A stretch of 64,000 nucleotides of DNA from positions 7,315-71,314 of the forward strand of contig CAVZFO010000021.1 of assembly GCA_963774575.1 (NCBI GenBank). Reading direction: 5' to 3'. This document shows positions 43,545-53,965 of this stretch, piece after piece (the first letter of the stretch is position 1; every line of letters starts with the position of its first letter). The position numbers and the translations under genes are program-made. The notes under the pieces were generated by a model, which worked only from the letters and a program-made list of their open reading frames with translations, was not told where the DNA came from and searched no databases. The DNA comes from an uncultured Actinomycetota bacterium. GTDB taxonomy: Bacteria > Actinomycetota > Actinomycetes > Propionibacteriales > Nocardioidaceae.

Positions 43545-44093
43545 GTGCGAGCCGACGCCCAGCGCAACCGGGACCGCATCGTGGAGGTGGCCCGCGTGGT
43601 CTTCCGCGAGCGCGGGTACGACGCGTCGCTCGACGACATCGCCAAGCAGGCCGGGGTCGGCCCGGGCACCCTCTACCGCCACTTCCCCACCCGCGACGCG
43701 CTGCTCGACGCCGTGATGCAGGCCTGGGTCGACCGCGTCACCGAGACCACCGACAAGGCGCTGACCTACGAGGGTCCGGCCGCGGGACTTCCTGATCGGC
43801 TGGTTCGAGGCGTACGTCGCGCTGATCAGCCTGCACAAGGGCGGACCGGCCAAGATCACCCGGCCATGGGCGACGAGGACTCCCCCATCGCCACCAAGAC
43901 GCCGCGTGCTGACCTGGCGACCCAGCGCATCGTCGACCACCTCAACGCCCAGGGCGCGCTGCGCGACGGCGTCGACGCGCTCCAGATGTGCCGCCTCGTC
44001 GGCGGCGTCGCCGTGGTCGCCGACCAGGGCGGTCTCGACGCGGACGCCGTGCGCCCGATGCTTGCGGTCGTCGCCGACGGCATGCTCCGCTGA
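43545..44093 (+). CDS. TetR family regulator
   Basis: MRADAQRNRDRI...IAKQAGVGPGTLYRHFPTRDAL. Confidence 0.92.
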   Translation: MRADAQRNRDRIVEVARVVFRERGYDASLDDIAKQAGVGPGTLYRHFPTRDALLDAVMQAWVDRVTETTDKALTYEGPAAGLPDRLVRGVRRADQPAQGRTGQDHPAMGDEDSPIATKTPRADLATQRIVDHLNAQGALRDGVDALQMCRLVGGVAVVADQGGLDADAVRPMLAVVADGMLR

Positions 44094-44241
44094 CCGGCCC
44101 CGTACTCCGGTGCGTTTTGCCGGTCGAGCACGCGTCCTGACCGGCAGACCGCACCGGACTACCGCAACGGCAGCTCGATCTCGAAGCGCTGGGGCCCGGG
44201 CGCCGGATCGCAGGGGCGCTTACCGAACCCGAACAGCCGCG

Positions 44242-45087
44242 TCAGCGCTCGTCCGCGGTACTGAACTCGATCGAGGCGACCACGGACGCGAGCTCGTCGA
44301 GGTACTTCCGGGGTGGGTCGCCCTCGTACGAGGTGAACACGGTGAGGGGCACCCCGTCGACGTCCACGACCCAGAGCTCCGTCCACGGCTGGGTGCCGAA
44401 GGCGCCGTTGCGCGAGCTCAGGAAGACGTCGGACTCGCAGCTCCGCGCCGCCTTGGTCTCCTCGGCCACGACGTGGACGGCCGGGTAGCCGAACGCATTC
44501 ACCCGCTCCGGACCCTGCAGGACGCGCATGCCTGGGAGGTGGACGAGGGCCGACACCGTCGGTTCGAAACCCTCGAGGAAGTCTTCCCTCGCGAAGGCGG
44601 TCGGACAGGACCGGCCCGCCACCGCGACCAGCTTGGCCACGACCAGACCCACGTACCAGGAGGCACGGACGAGTGCGGGCTCGTTGTACCGCCCGGTGGT
44701 CGGGTCGTCGGATTGGTGGCCGTCGAAGCGGTTGGGTCCCTCCCAGTTGTTCCAGCCGTCCGGAAGCGTGACCAGCACCGTGGGGTCGTCGGGATCGGCC
44801 GACGGCCGCAGCTCGTAGGTACCTGCGGGCATGGTCTGCATCCTGTTCCCCGGGTAGGGGACGACGGGTCGGGCCGGCGTGTCGATGGTGTCGGGGCCGT
44901 CGGCGCGGGTCGTCCGGTCCTGGACCACCCAGGTCCCGAGCAGGGCGACGAGGACCAGGGAGGCGACGACCGCCGTACGCCGCCGGTTGCGCAGGTCGTG
45001 CCCGCGTCGCTCGAGGGACTCGAGGTCGGGGACGTCGACGAGCAAGAGGGCGTCGTCCGCGAAGGCGCGGAGCCGGGACTCGCTCAT
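44242..45087 (-). CDS. Single-TM protein, putative anti-sigma/sensor
   Basis: Short helical N-terminus, RNRRR + TM, extracytoplasmic domain; start overlaps the sigma stop codon. Confidence 0.65.
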   Translation of the reverse strand: MSESRLRAFADDALLLVDVPDLESLERRGHDLRNRRRTAVVASLVLVALLGTWVVQDRTTRADGPDTIDTPARPVVPYPGNRMQTMPAGTYELRPSADPDDPTVLVTLPDGWNNWEGPNRFDGHQSDDPTTGRYNEPALVRASWYVGLVVAKLVAVAGRSCPTAFAREDFLEGFEPTVSALVHLPGMRVLQGPERVNAFGYPAVHVVAEETKAARSCESDVFLSSRNGAFGTQPWTELWVVDVDGVPLTVFTSYEGDPPRKYLDELASVVASIEFSTADER

Positions 45088-45599
45088 GACCGTGCCTCCT
45101 CACCGAGGACGGCGGCGAGGGCCGCCCGGCCCCGCGACAGCCGCGACTTGACGGTGCCCTCGGGCAGGTCGAGCTCGGCGGCGATCTGGTCGACCTTGCG
45201 GTCGGCCAGGTAGTGCAGCACCAGCACCAGCCGGAGCGCCTCGGGGAGCTGGCGCAGCGCGTCGACCACCTCGAGATGCTCCTCGAGCCCCGGCAGGTCG
45301 ACCGGGCCGGGGATCTTGTCGCGGATCCGCGTGAAGTTGCGCATCTTGCGCCAGCGGTTGCGGTGCAGGTTGACGGCGGTGGTGCGCAGCCAGGCCTCGG
45401 GGTTGTCGACGCGGGTGAAGCGGCCTCCGGCGGCGTACGCGCGGACGAAGGCCTCCTGCACCAGGTCCTCGGCCTCGCCGGCGTTGCCGACCACGCCGTA
45501 CAGCTGCACGACGAGCTTGCGGTAGGAGGCGGCGAAGACCACCTCGATGTCCACGTTCGACTCCGCGGAGCCGAACGCGAGAACGTCGCCGTCCGACAT
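45084..45599 (-). CDS. ECF RNA polymerase sigma factor
   Basis: AEDLVQEAFVRA..PEAWLRTTAVN; region 4 IAAELDLPEGTVKSRLSRGR. Confidence 0.92.
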   Translation of the reverse strand: MSDGDVLAFGSAESNVDIEVVFAASYRKLVVQLYGVVGNAGEAEDLVQEAFVRAYAAGGRFTRVDNPEAWLRTTAVNLHRNRWRKMRNFTRIRDKIPGPVDLPGLEEHLEVVDALRQLPEALRLVLVLHYLADRKVDQIAAELDLPEGTVKSRLSRGRAALAAVLGEEARS

Positions 45600-45781
45600 G
45601 TCGGTCCCTCCTTCGCCGCTGGTGACCCAGACGACCCGCGAGGACAGCCGGTGGTTCCCATGGTCCTCGGCACGGGGCGGCAGCGCGAGCCCTTACCCGT
45701 CCCGAACACCGCCCTGACCTGATGGCCACGCGGACCCGCCACCGTCGTGGGTGTCCGCCGAGGGTCGGCGGCCGGAGGAGG

Positions 45782-46300
45782 ATGACCGACATGTTCCGCA
45801 CCCTGATCGGGCGGGTGGTCGCGACCGCCCTGCTCGCCGGCACCGCCCTCGTGGTGGCACCCAGCGCCGCGCAGGCGACCGACGACGAGCCGACGGCGTG
45901 CCAGCAGGTCTGGGACTCGTTCCCGACCGCTATGCAGGACGACATCAAGGCCGCCGTGCCGCTGCCGCTGCGCCCGCGCCGGCACGCGCTGCGCGCGATC
46001 CGCTACGCCGCCCTGCACGGTAACTACGGGGAGGACGTGCAGATGTGGGCCCAGCAGGTGCGTCAGCACCGGCAGGAGATCTGGAAGCAGCTCCCCGACC
46101 GGCTCAAGGCCGACATCGTCGCCGCTCGCTCGCTGCCGCTGCGCGAGCAGCGCCGGGCCGTGCTGGCGATCCGCTCCGCGGCGCTGCACGGGGTGTACGG
46201 CGACTGGGTGCGGTCGCTGGCCGAGAAGCGGCGGGCGTTCGTCCGGGGTTGCCCGGGCGTGGCCCGGCCGTTCGTCGGGACTCCCGGGCTGGTCGCCTGA
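45782..46300 (+). CDS. Secreted protein with a two-fold internal repeat
   Basis: GGAGG RBS, signal peptide ending AAQA, two W..(F/L)P....DI.AA..LPLR..R.A..AIR.AALHG.YG..V units. Confidence 0.7.
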   Translation: MTDMFRTLIGRVVATALLAGTALVVAPSAAQATDDEPTACQQVWDSFPTAMQDDIKAAVPLPLRPRRHALRAIRYAALHGNYGEDVQMWAQQVRQHRQEIWKQLPDRLKADIVAARSLPLREQRRAVLAIRSAALHGVYGDWVRSLAEKRRAFVRGCPGVARPFVGTPGLVA

Positions 46301-46380
46301 CGCGGAGGGACGCGGGTATCACCCGCCGCCAGCCTCGGTTCCTCGCCAGTAGGGCGGGGCCACCGGGCGCCGCCAGGCAG

Positions 46381-47118
46381 TCAACGGCCTCCCGCGACGC
46401 GCAGCGTGGTGCCCGTGACGTAGGACGCCTGGTCGCTCATCAGCCAGCCGATCGCGTCCGCCACCTCGGCGGGCGCACCCGCGCGGCCGAGCGGGACCAG
46501 CGGGCCGACCCGCTCGACCCGGCCGGGCTCCCCGGCGTCGGCGTGGATGGTGGTGTCGACGATGCCGGGCGCGACGCCGACCACGCGGATGCCGTGGGCG
46601 GCCACCTCGACCGCCAGCCCGGTGGTCAGCGCGTCCAGGCCGGCCTTCGCGGCGGCGTACTGCACGTACTCGTGCGGTGCGCCGAGGGTCGCCGCCCCGG
46701 ACGACACGTTGACCACGACGCCGCCCCGGCCGCCCCGCTCGGTGCTCATCAGCCGCACCGCCGCCCGGGCGCACAGGATCGCCGCCGTGAGGTTGAGGTC
46801 GACGGTCCGGCGCACGACGTCGGTCGCGGTGTCGGCGAGCGGCCCGATGTGCAGCGTCGCGCCCGCGTTGTTGACGAGCCCGGTCACGACGCCGAGCTCC
46901 GCCGCCCTCCCGAACAGCAGGTCCACGCCGGCGTCGGCGGTGATGTCCGCCTCGACCAGATGTACCGCTCGGCCGTGCTCCCGGACGGCACCGGCGGTCG
47001 CCTCCGCCGCGTCGGCGTCGGAGACGTAGCCGAGCACCAGGTCGTGGCCGTCCGCGGCCAGCCGGTGGGCGGTCGCTGCGCCGATGCCGCGGGTACCTCC
47101 CGTGATGATGGTGAGCAC
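46381..47118 (-). CDS. SDR family oxidoreductase
   Basis: ITGGTRGIG, VNNAG, NVSS, YAAAK. Confidence 0.92.
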   Translation of the reverse strand: MLTIITGGTRGIGAATAHRLAADGHDLVLGYVSDADAAEATAGAVREHGRAVHLVEADITADAGVDLLFGRAAELGVVTGLVNNAGATLHIGPLADTATDVVRRTVDLNLTAAILCARAAVRLMSTERGGRGGVVVNVSSGAATLGAPHEYVQYAAAKAGLDALTTGLAVEVAAHGIRVVGVAPGIVDTTIHADAGEPGRVERVGPLVPLGRAGAPAEVADAIGWLMSDQASYVTGTTLRVAGGR

Positions 47119-47144
47119 CCGGCCGACGCTAGTGGTTGCCGGCG

Positions 47145-47996
47145 TCAGCCGCCGGCCGCCGTGATCCGGATGCTGCGGACGACCTCGTCGTTGAGCCGCA
47201 AGGCCTCCGTGCTGTCGTCGAACGACCAGGCCCAGATCGCCACCGGGTGCCCGACGGGTCCGTCGAGCACGTAGTAGCTGCACACCATGTCGGCCCACAC
47301 CCCGGTCTCCCAACCGGACGGTCCCGTCTCGAGCAGCGGCCAGCACGCCCGCTGGCCGCCGTTGCAGCCATCGAGGCCCGCCGGGACGTTGTGCCGGAGC
47401 CGGGCCTCGACCCGCCACGCCCGCTGGCCGCCGATCCGGGTGGGTATCACGTCGCTGGCCTCCAAGAGGGGCCGCGTCGAGATCCAGGTCGCCAGGGCGT
47501 GCGCGTCTGCCGGTGCCGAGCTCGAGCCGACCGGTCGGAGGTCCGGCATCAGGGTGACGCCGGCCCGGGCTTTGCGTTGGTAGAGGTCGACGGCCAAAGT
47601 GGGCGGGCTGCTCGCCGGTTGGGTCCAGAAACCCTTCGGGAGCCGCGCGGAGAAGCTGGTCCCCCCGTGGTGACCAGCACCTCCCGCCGGCCCCACGCAG
47701 GAGACGACCGCGTCGGGCGTGCACGTATCCGCCGCGGACCGAGACGGCGACGGCAAGCTGGTCACCGGACCGCTCGGTTCGGGAGCGGACGTCCCTCCCA
47801 GCGGTCCGAGGACCGCGAGGGCCCCGACCAGGGCCGCAGTGACCAGCACCGACCCCGCCACGCCGCGACGCCGTCGTCGGCGATCGTGGGCCCGCTGGAC
47901 CCCCGTCAACCCGGTCCTCAGGTCGCGGCCCAGGTCCTCCCCGACCTCGGCGCGCAGGTCCGCACCGGCGCGACGGGCGACGTCGTGGACGTTCAT
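47145..47996 (-). CDS. Single-TM protein, putative anti-sigma/sensor
   Basis: R6 + TM helix, Cys-paired extracytoplasmic domain; coupled to the upstream sigma gene. Confidence 0.65.
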   Translation of the reverse strand: MNVHDVARRAGADLRAEVGEDLGRDLRTGLTGVQRAHDRRRRRRGVAGSVLVTAALVGALAVLGPLGGTSAPEPSGPVTSLPSPSRSAADTCTPDAVVSCVGPAGGAGHHGGTSFSARLPKGFWTQPASSPPTLAVDLYQRKARAGVTLMPDLRPVGSSSAPADAHALATWISTRPLLEASDVIPTRIGGQRAWRVEARLRHNVPAGLDGCNGGQRACWPLLETGPSGWETGVWADMVCSYYVLDGPVGHPVAIWAWSFDDSTEALRLNDEVVRSIRITAAGG

Positions 47997-48559
47997 GCCT
48001 CCTCCACCTCCTGGCCCAGTGCCGCCCCGAGCGCCGCCCGAGCCCGCGAGAGGTGCACCTTGACGGTGCCCTCCGTGCAGCCCAGCGTCTTGGCGACCTC
48101 GGCGACCGGGAGGTCCAGCGCGTAGTAGAGGGCGACGGCCTGGGCCTGACGGGCGGGCAGCCGGCGCACCAGCACCCAGAAGTCGTCGTCGTGCGCGTCG
48201 TCGCTGCGCGCCGTCCTGGCCAGCGCCAGCCTCCCGAGCACCCGTTGCTCCACCGACCGACGGCGGGCCAGCGACACGGCCTTGCGGGCGCAGACCAGGC
48301 GGACCCAGCCACCGGGCGACTCGAGATCGGCGACGGTGGACCAGCGTCCGTAGGCCACGACCATCGCCTCCTGGGCCACGTCGTCGGCGAGCGCGGGGCC
48401 GACCAGGGCCCGGGCGAGCACCCGCAGCCGGGGGAACTCGCGCAGGTAGAACTCCTCGAACGGGGTGCCGGGGACCTCGGCGGTCACGACCGACGCCGTG
48501 TCGTCGTCCGCGACGTCGACCAGGTCCAGGACGCGGTCCGCGCGGGTTGGCTTCCCCAT
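47993..48559 (-). CDS. ECF RNA polymerase sigma factor
   Basis: FEEFY..ADDVAQEAM..LPARQAQAVALYY..EVAKTLGCTEGTVKVHLSRAR. Confidence 0.9.
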   Translation of the reverse strand: MGKPTRADRVLDLVDVADDDTASVVTAEVPGTPFEEFYLREFPRLRVLARALVGPALADDVAQEAMVVAYGRWSTVADLESPGGWVRLVCARKAVSLARRRSVEQRVLGRLALARTARSDDAHDDDFWVLVRRLPARQAQAVALYYALDLPVAEVAKTLGCTEGTVKVHLSRARAALGAALGQEVEEA

Positions 48560-48782
48560 GCCCCTTACTCGCACGGCGGGCCCCGTCGGGTTGACACCTT
48601 CTCGGAGATGGTTCACGCGGCCCCCGCGATCCGGGAGAGCAGCGCCTGTGCGAGGGCGAAGATCTCGCGGGGTTCCTGCGGCTCGACGCGGTCCACCACG
48701 CTCGTGCGGGAAGCCATGTCGCCGAGGGTAGGGCTGGACGGCCCCGGAGTGGGATCCCCGGAGGCGGGACGGCGACACGGGA

Positions 48783-49015
48783 TCAGCGGCCGAGGGTGCG
48801 CAGGGCCTGCCGGTGGTGGAGGTCGCGCAGCTCGTCCTCGAGCTCCGCGAAGGGACCGCGCGTCGTCAGCCCCGGGACCACGTCGCCGATCGACAGCACC
48901 GTCACCGGTCCGGCCGCCAGGCCCCAGTCGGCCCGCCAGCCGGCCAGCTGCGTAGCTGACACGGCGTAGGCGATCGGGCCCAGCCCCATCCAGGCGTGCG
49001 CCGCGGAGCCATCAT
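48783..49015 (-). CDS. Small hypothetical protein or fragment
   Basis: GC3-biased frame GLGPIAYAVS..QLAGW...LSIGDVVPGL..RGPFAEL; start uncertain. Confidence 0.4.
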
Positions 49016-49082
49016 GCGCCGTCCGCGATTCGTCAGGGGTCTGGCGGGTCTCCGCACCGGGCGGGTCTCTGACGAATCGCGC

Positions 49083-50996
49083 CTAGGCCAGCAGGTCGAC
49101 CTCCGCGTGCGCGGCGCCGCCGGCGAGCCGGGCGTAGCCGGGGCCACGGTCGAAGAAGGCCTCGCTCGGGGCGGGACGGCCGGCACGTTCGGCGGTGGTC
49201 GCGTCGGCGTCGTACCCGAGTGAGTCGTCGTCGAGCGAGCCGGTGAGCACCACGCCGTACGCCGCGAGCGCGGCCTCCGGGGACACCTTGCGCCAGACGA
49301 CGTCACGGACCACGAGCGCGGGGTCGCGGGCGAGCGGGTCGCCCCAGCCGCCGCCGCCCGTGGTGCGGATCCGGATCACCTCGCCGGCCCGGACGGGCTC
49401 GGCGTCGGCGAGGGCGTCGACCCGGCGCTCGGCCGGTCCGCCGGGGTCGATGGTGACCTGGAACGGCTGCCCCGCGAGGCCGCCCTTCACGCCCCAGCAG
49501 GCCAGGATCGACCGGTCGGCGATGGACATGAAGTGCGCGTCCTTGAGCATCCGGACGTGCTTCTCGTACCCCAGCCCACCGCGGTACTCCCCCGCGCCGC
49601 CGGAGTCCATCGCCAGGCCGAGCGACTCGACCCGGAACGGGAACCGGGCCTCGGTGAACTCCGTCGGCAGGTTCCGCGAGTCCGGCACCACGTGGATGGT
49701 GTCCTCGCCGTCGGCGTAGTAGCGGCCGCCGGAGCCGCCGCCGAGCACCTCGCGCATCAGGTAGGGGCGGCCGTCGAGGTCGTCGCCGTAGACGCCGGTG
49801 TAGCGGATCGTCTCCTGGTCGGCCGGCATCCGTCCGTCGACGGCCTTGGCGACCACGCCGGCGAGCACGCCGAGCAGCCGGAGGATCACGAACGTGCGGG
49901 CGTTGGTGGGGCCCGGGAAGACGGGCGTCAGCAGGGTGCCGGGCTCGGGGAAGCGCATCTCGATCAGCGGCACGATGCCCTCGTTGACGTCGAGCTCGGC
50001 CATCCGCTCGGGGGTCTCGGCGAGGTTGCGCAGGATCGGCGCCAGCCACTTCTTGAGGAACACGCCGTCGCTGTAGTCACCGCAGTGGTTGATCGGCCCC
50101 TTGGCCTGCGGCCCGGTGCCGTCGAAGTCGAGGATCAGCCGCTCCCCGTCGGGATCGTCGGGCGCCGTTCGCGTCAGGGTGATCCGCTGGGTGTGCAGCA
50201 TCGGCTCGTCGACGCCGTCGTGCTCGGCGTAGTCCTCCCACACCCACGAGCCGACGGGGATCTGGGAGAGGATCTCGCGGCGGTACGTCGTGGTGGTGCG
50301 GTCGATGATCGCGTCGAAGCACGACTCGACCGTCTCGACGCCGTAGCGGTCGAACAGCTCGCCCAGCCGCTGGGCACCCATCAGGCAGGCCGAGCACTCC
50401 GCGTCGAGGTCGGCGGCCAGGCTCTCCGGCATCCGGGAGTTACGGGTCATGATCGACAGCGCGGCCCGGTTGGGCACGCCGGCGTCCCACAGCCGGATGG
50501 GCGGGACCATCAGGCCCTCCTCGAAGACGCTGGTCGCGTGGCTCGGCATCGAGCCCGGCACCGCGCCGCCGATGTCGTCGTGGTGGCCGAAGGCCTGGAC
50601 GAAGGCGACGACCTTTCCTCCGCTGAACACCGGGACCGTGACGCACAGGTCGGGCAGGTGCCCGATCCCGCCCTCGGAGCGGTAGACGTCGTTGTGGAAG
50701 AACACGTCGCCCTCGCGCATCTGGTCGATCGGGAAGTCCCGGGCGACGGGGTGCACGAGCGCGGAGTACGAGCGGCCGGTGAGCTTGCGCAGCAGCCGGT
50801 CGTGGATGCCCGCGCGGAAGTCGTGGGCGTCGCGGATCATCGGGCTGCGGGAGGTACGCGCGATGGCCGTCTCGACCTCCATCTCCACGCTGGCCAGGGA
50901 GCCCTGCACGATCTCCACGAGCACCGGGTCGGCGCTCGCCCCCGCGTCCGCGGTCAGCGGGCCGAACGGGAACTGGGTCGGTGCGCGGCGGCTCAT
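49083..50996 (-). CDS. Hydantoinase B / 5-oxoprolinase family subunit
   Basis: DPVLVEIV..EMEVETAIARTSRSPMIRDAHD, NDVY..GHLPD, HHDDIGG.VPGSMP, EEGL, GGAGEYRGG, TTGGGGWGDP. Confidence 0.93.
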   Translation of the reverse strand: MSRRAPTQFPFGPLTADAGASADPVLVEIVQGSLASVEMEVETAIARTSRSPMIRDAHDFRAGIHDRLLRKLTGRSYSALVHPVARDFPIDQMREGDVFFHNDVYRSEGGIGHLPDLCVTVPVFSGGKVVAFVQAFGHHDDIGGAVPGSMPSHATSVFEEGLMVPPIRLWDAGVPNRAALSIMTRNSRMPESLAADLDAECSACLMGAQRLGELFDRYGVETVESCFDAIIDRTTTTYRREILSQIPVGSWVWEDYAEHDGVDEPMLHTQRITLTRTAPDDPDGERLILDFDGTGPQAKGPINHCGDYSDGVFLKKWLAPILRNLAETPERMAELDVNEGIVPLIEMRFPEPGTLLTPVFPGPTNARTFVILRLLGVLAGVVAKAVDGRMPADQETIRYTGVYGDDLDGRPYLMREVLGGGSGGRYYADGEDTIHVVPDSRNLPTEFTEARFPFRVESLGLAMDSGGAGEYRGGLGYEKHVRMLKDAHFMSIADRSILACWGVKGGLAGQPFQVTIDPGGPAERRVDALADAEPVRAGEVIRIRTTGGGGWGDPLARDPALVVRDVVWRKVSPEAALAAYGVVLTGSLDDDSLGYDADATTAERAGRPAPSEAFFDRGPGYARLAGGAAHAEVDLLA

Positions 50997-53160
50997 GCCT
51001 CGCTCCCTGCTGGCTGTCGGGTCACGATGAGGTTGAGGTACTCGTCCACGCGGACCTCGAACCCCGGGTGGATCGGCACCGTCGACCCGAACTCCTCGAC
51101 GATCACCGGGCCCGTGATGCTCGTGCCCGGGCGCGAGGTCGGTGCGCGGGACGACCGGGGTGTCGACGTAGCCGGCCTCGGCGTCGAAGCAGACGGGCCG
51201 CCTCACCGGGTCTCGTGACGGTCGCTGGCGCGACCTCCTCGACCAGCGGTGCTTCGCCGCTGGTCGAGGACGGCTCGCCTGTCGCGAGACCCGGCGACTC
51301 GACCGCCGATGAACGGATCTCAGGCCGGGTGATCGGCCCGATGCCGGACACCCGCAGGTTCACCCACTCGACCTGCTGGCTGGGATCGCCGGCGAAGTCG
51401 TAGCCGTAGAGGACCCGGTGCTCGGCGTGGAACGTGGCGGCCACCGCCTCCAACGCGGCGGCGTCGAGGTCGCCCTCCGGGACCGGCACCCGGACCTCGA
51501 AGGCCTGCCCGAAGTAGCGCAGGTCGGCGGTGCGAACGAACACGTGCTGCTCGGGTGCGAAGCCCTCCGTGGCCAGCGCGTCGGCCGCCTGCAGGGTCAG
51601 GGCGTCGTACGTCGCCGTGACGACGCCCGGGGACGAGGCGGTCGGCGAGCGAGACGTGGGTCTGCACGTAGTCGTTCTTGACGTCGACCGTGAGCAGCCC
51701 GAACGCCGAGACGTTGCCGGGGTTGGGCGGGACCAGCACCGTCGGGATGCCGAGGACGTCCATCAGCCGGCACAGCAGCAGCGAGCCCGAGCCGCCGAAC
51801 GTCGTCAAGGTGAAGTCGCGGACGTCGAGGCCGCGCTTGACGGTGACCTGGCGCAGCGCGTTGGCCTGGTTCCACGCGGAGATCTCGAGGATGCCGGTGG
51901 CGCAGGCCTCCGGGCTGAGGCCGAGCTTGCCGGCCAGCGCCTCGACGCCCGCGCGGGCCGCGTCGACATCGAGCGGGATCTCGCCGCCGAGCAGGTGGGG
52001 TGGGATCCGGCCGAGGACGACGTGGGCGTCGGTGATGGTCACCTCGCTGCCGCCCTTGCCGTAGCAGAGGGGGCCGGGGTCGGCGCCGGCCGACTGCGGT
52101 CCGACCTTGAGCGTGCCCTCCGGCGACAGCCAGGCGATCGAGCCCCCACCGGCGCCGACGGTGACCACGTCGATCATCGGGATCTTGGAGGGGTACGCGC
52201 CGACCGAGCCCTCGGTGGTCAGCGTGGGCTCCCCGTCGATCACCACGCTCACGTCGGTGGAGGTGCCGCCACCGTCGCTGGTGAGCACCCGGTCGAAGCC
52301 CGCGACCCGGGCGATCAGCGCGGCGCCGAGCGCCCCGGCCGCCGGGCCGGACAGCACCGTGGTGATCGGCTGGTGCACCACCTCGTCGGCCGAGAGCACG
52401 CCGCCGTTGGACTTCATCACGTAGAAGGGGACGCGTCGCTCCCCGCGTAGGCCGCCAGCCGGCCCTTGATGTTGGTGACGTACGCCGAGAGCCGCGGCTT
52501 GACGGCCGCGTCGACGAGGGTGGTCATCGCCCGCTCGTACTCGCGGTACTCCCGGAGCACCTGGCTCGACAGCGACACCACGGCGTCGGGGTGCTCCTCG
52601 GCGAGCACGGCGCGCATCCGCTCCTCGTGCTCGGGGTTGGCGTAGGCGTGCAGGAAGCAGACGCCGAGGGTGGCGATGCCCTGGTCGCGGAACCACCGCG
52701 CCACGACCCGAGCGCCGTCCTCGTCGAAGGGCCGCACCTCGGCGCCGGTGAAGTCGAGTCGGCCGCCGACGCCCTTGACCAGGTGCCGCGGCACGATCCG
52801 GTCCGGCTTGACCCAGAAGTAGGAGTTGCCGTAGCCGTCGGGCACCGACTGACGGGCGATCTCGAGCATCGCCTCGTAACCCTCGGTGGTGACGTAGCCC
52901 AGGGCGTCGACCTTGCCCTCGAGCAGCTGGTTGGTGGCCACGGTGGTGCCGTGGCTGACCGCGCTGATCGCGTCACCGTCGCCCTCGGGCAGGCCCAGCA
53001 GGCCGAGGACCTTGTCGATGCCGGCCATGAAGCCGTCGGCCGGGTTGCCCGGCGTCGACGGCGTCTTGGTGGTGACCAGCTCGCCGGAGTCCTCGTCGAA
53101 GGCCACGACGTCGGTGAAGGTGCCACCGGTGTCGATGCCGATGCGGATCCTGCGGGTCAT
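50993..53160 (-). CDS. Hydantoinase A / 5-oxoprolinase family ATP-binding subunit (frameshifted)
   Basis: IGIDTGGTFTD, HGTTVATN, REYER, SGPAAG, DGGGTSTD, VGAGGGSI, GPQSAGADPGP, SAFG. Confidence 0.93.
51206..51294. repeat. REP-doublet-like long inverted repeat inside the hydantoinase A CDS
   Basis: CCGGGTCTCGTGAC..TCCTCGACCAGCGG-TGCTTCG-CCGCTGGTCGAGGA..GTCGCGAGACCCGG. Confidence 0.75.
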
Positions 53161-53243
53161 GGCGCCAGTCTCGCCCGACCCGATGGGGGCGGCGACGGCT
53201 AAACCTGCCCAGTGAGACGTCGTACGTTGGCGAGAGTCGCCGG

Positions 53244-53912
53244 TCAGGCGTCGTTGGCCCGGTCGTTGTAGACGCCGGCGGCCTCCTGGCCCGAGAGCGC
53301 CTGGATCGCGGCCATGATCTCGTCGGTCACCTCACGGCGCGCCCGGCCGAGCGGGACGCCGTCGCCGCGGCCGGTGAAGTCGAGGGGCTCGCCGAACGAG
53401 ATGGTGACGCGGGCGATCTTGGGGTACTTCGTCCCGACCGGCTGGATCTTGTCGGTGTCCTTGAGCCCGACAGGCACGACGGGGACCCCGGCGGTCAGGG
53501 CGAGGTGGGCGACGCCGGTGCGGCCGCGGTAGAGGCGGCCGTCGCGCGAGCGGCTGCCCTCGGGGTAGATGCCGAAGGCCTCCCCGTTGCCGAGCACCTC
53601 GAGCGCCGTCTCGAGGCTGTCGATCGCGGCCTGGGTGTCGTCGCGGTCGACCGGCAGCATGCCGAGGCCCTCGAACCAGAGGCGCTGCAGCGTGCCCCGG
53701 ATGCCGTGCCCGGTGAAGTAGTCGGACTTGGCGAGGAAGGCGACGTTGCGGGGCGCCACCACCGGGATGACGACGCTGTCGAAGAAGCTGAGGTGGTTGC
53801 TGGCCAGCAGCACCCCGCCGGTGCGGGGGACGTGCTCGATGCCGAGCACCCGGGGGCGCCACACCGCCTTGGCCAGCGGGGGGACGACCCGTTGGATCAC
53901 GTCGAAGAGCAC
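53244..53912 (-). CDS. Lysophospholipid acyltransferase (PlsC family)
   Basis: SNHLSFFD, FLAKSDYF, IYPEGSRSRDG. Confidence 0.92.
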   Translation of the reverse strand: MLFDVIQRVVPPLAKAVWRPRVLGIEHVPRTGGVLLASNHLSFFDSVVIPVVAPRNVAFLAKSDYFTGHGIRGTLQRLWFEGLGMLPVDRDDTQAAIDSLETALEVLGNGEAFGIYPEGSRSRDGRLYRGRTGVAHLALTAGVPVVPVGLKDTDKIQPVGTKYPKIARVTISFGEPLDFTGRGDGVPLGRARREVTDEIMAAIQALSGQEAAGVYNDRANDA

Positions 53913-53965
53913 CGGCCTATTGTGACGCGCCCACTGGCGGGCCCTCTCGGCCGGTCGGGTGCCGG

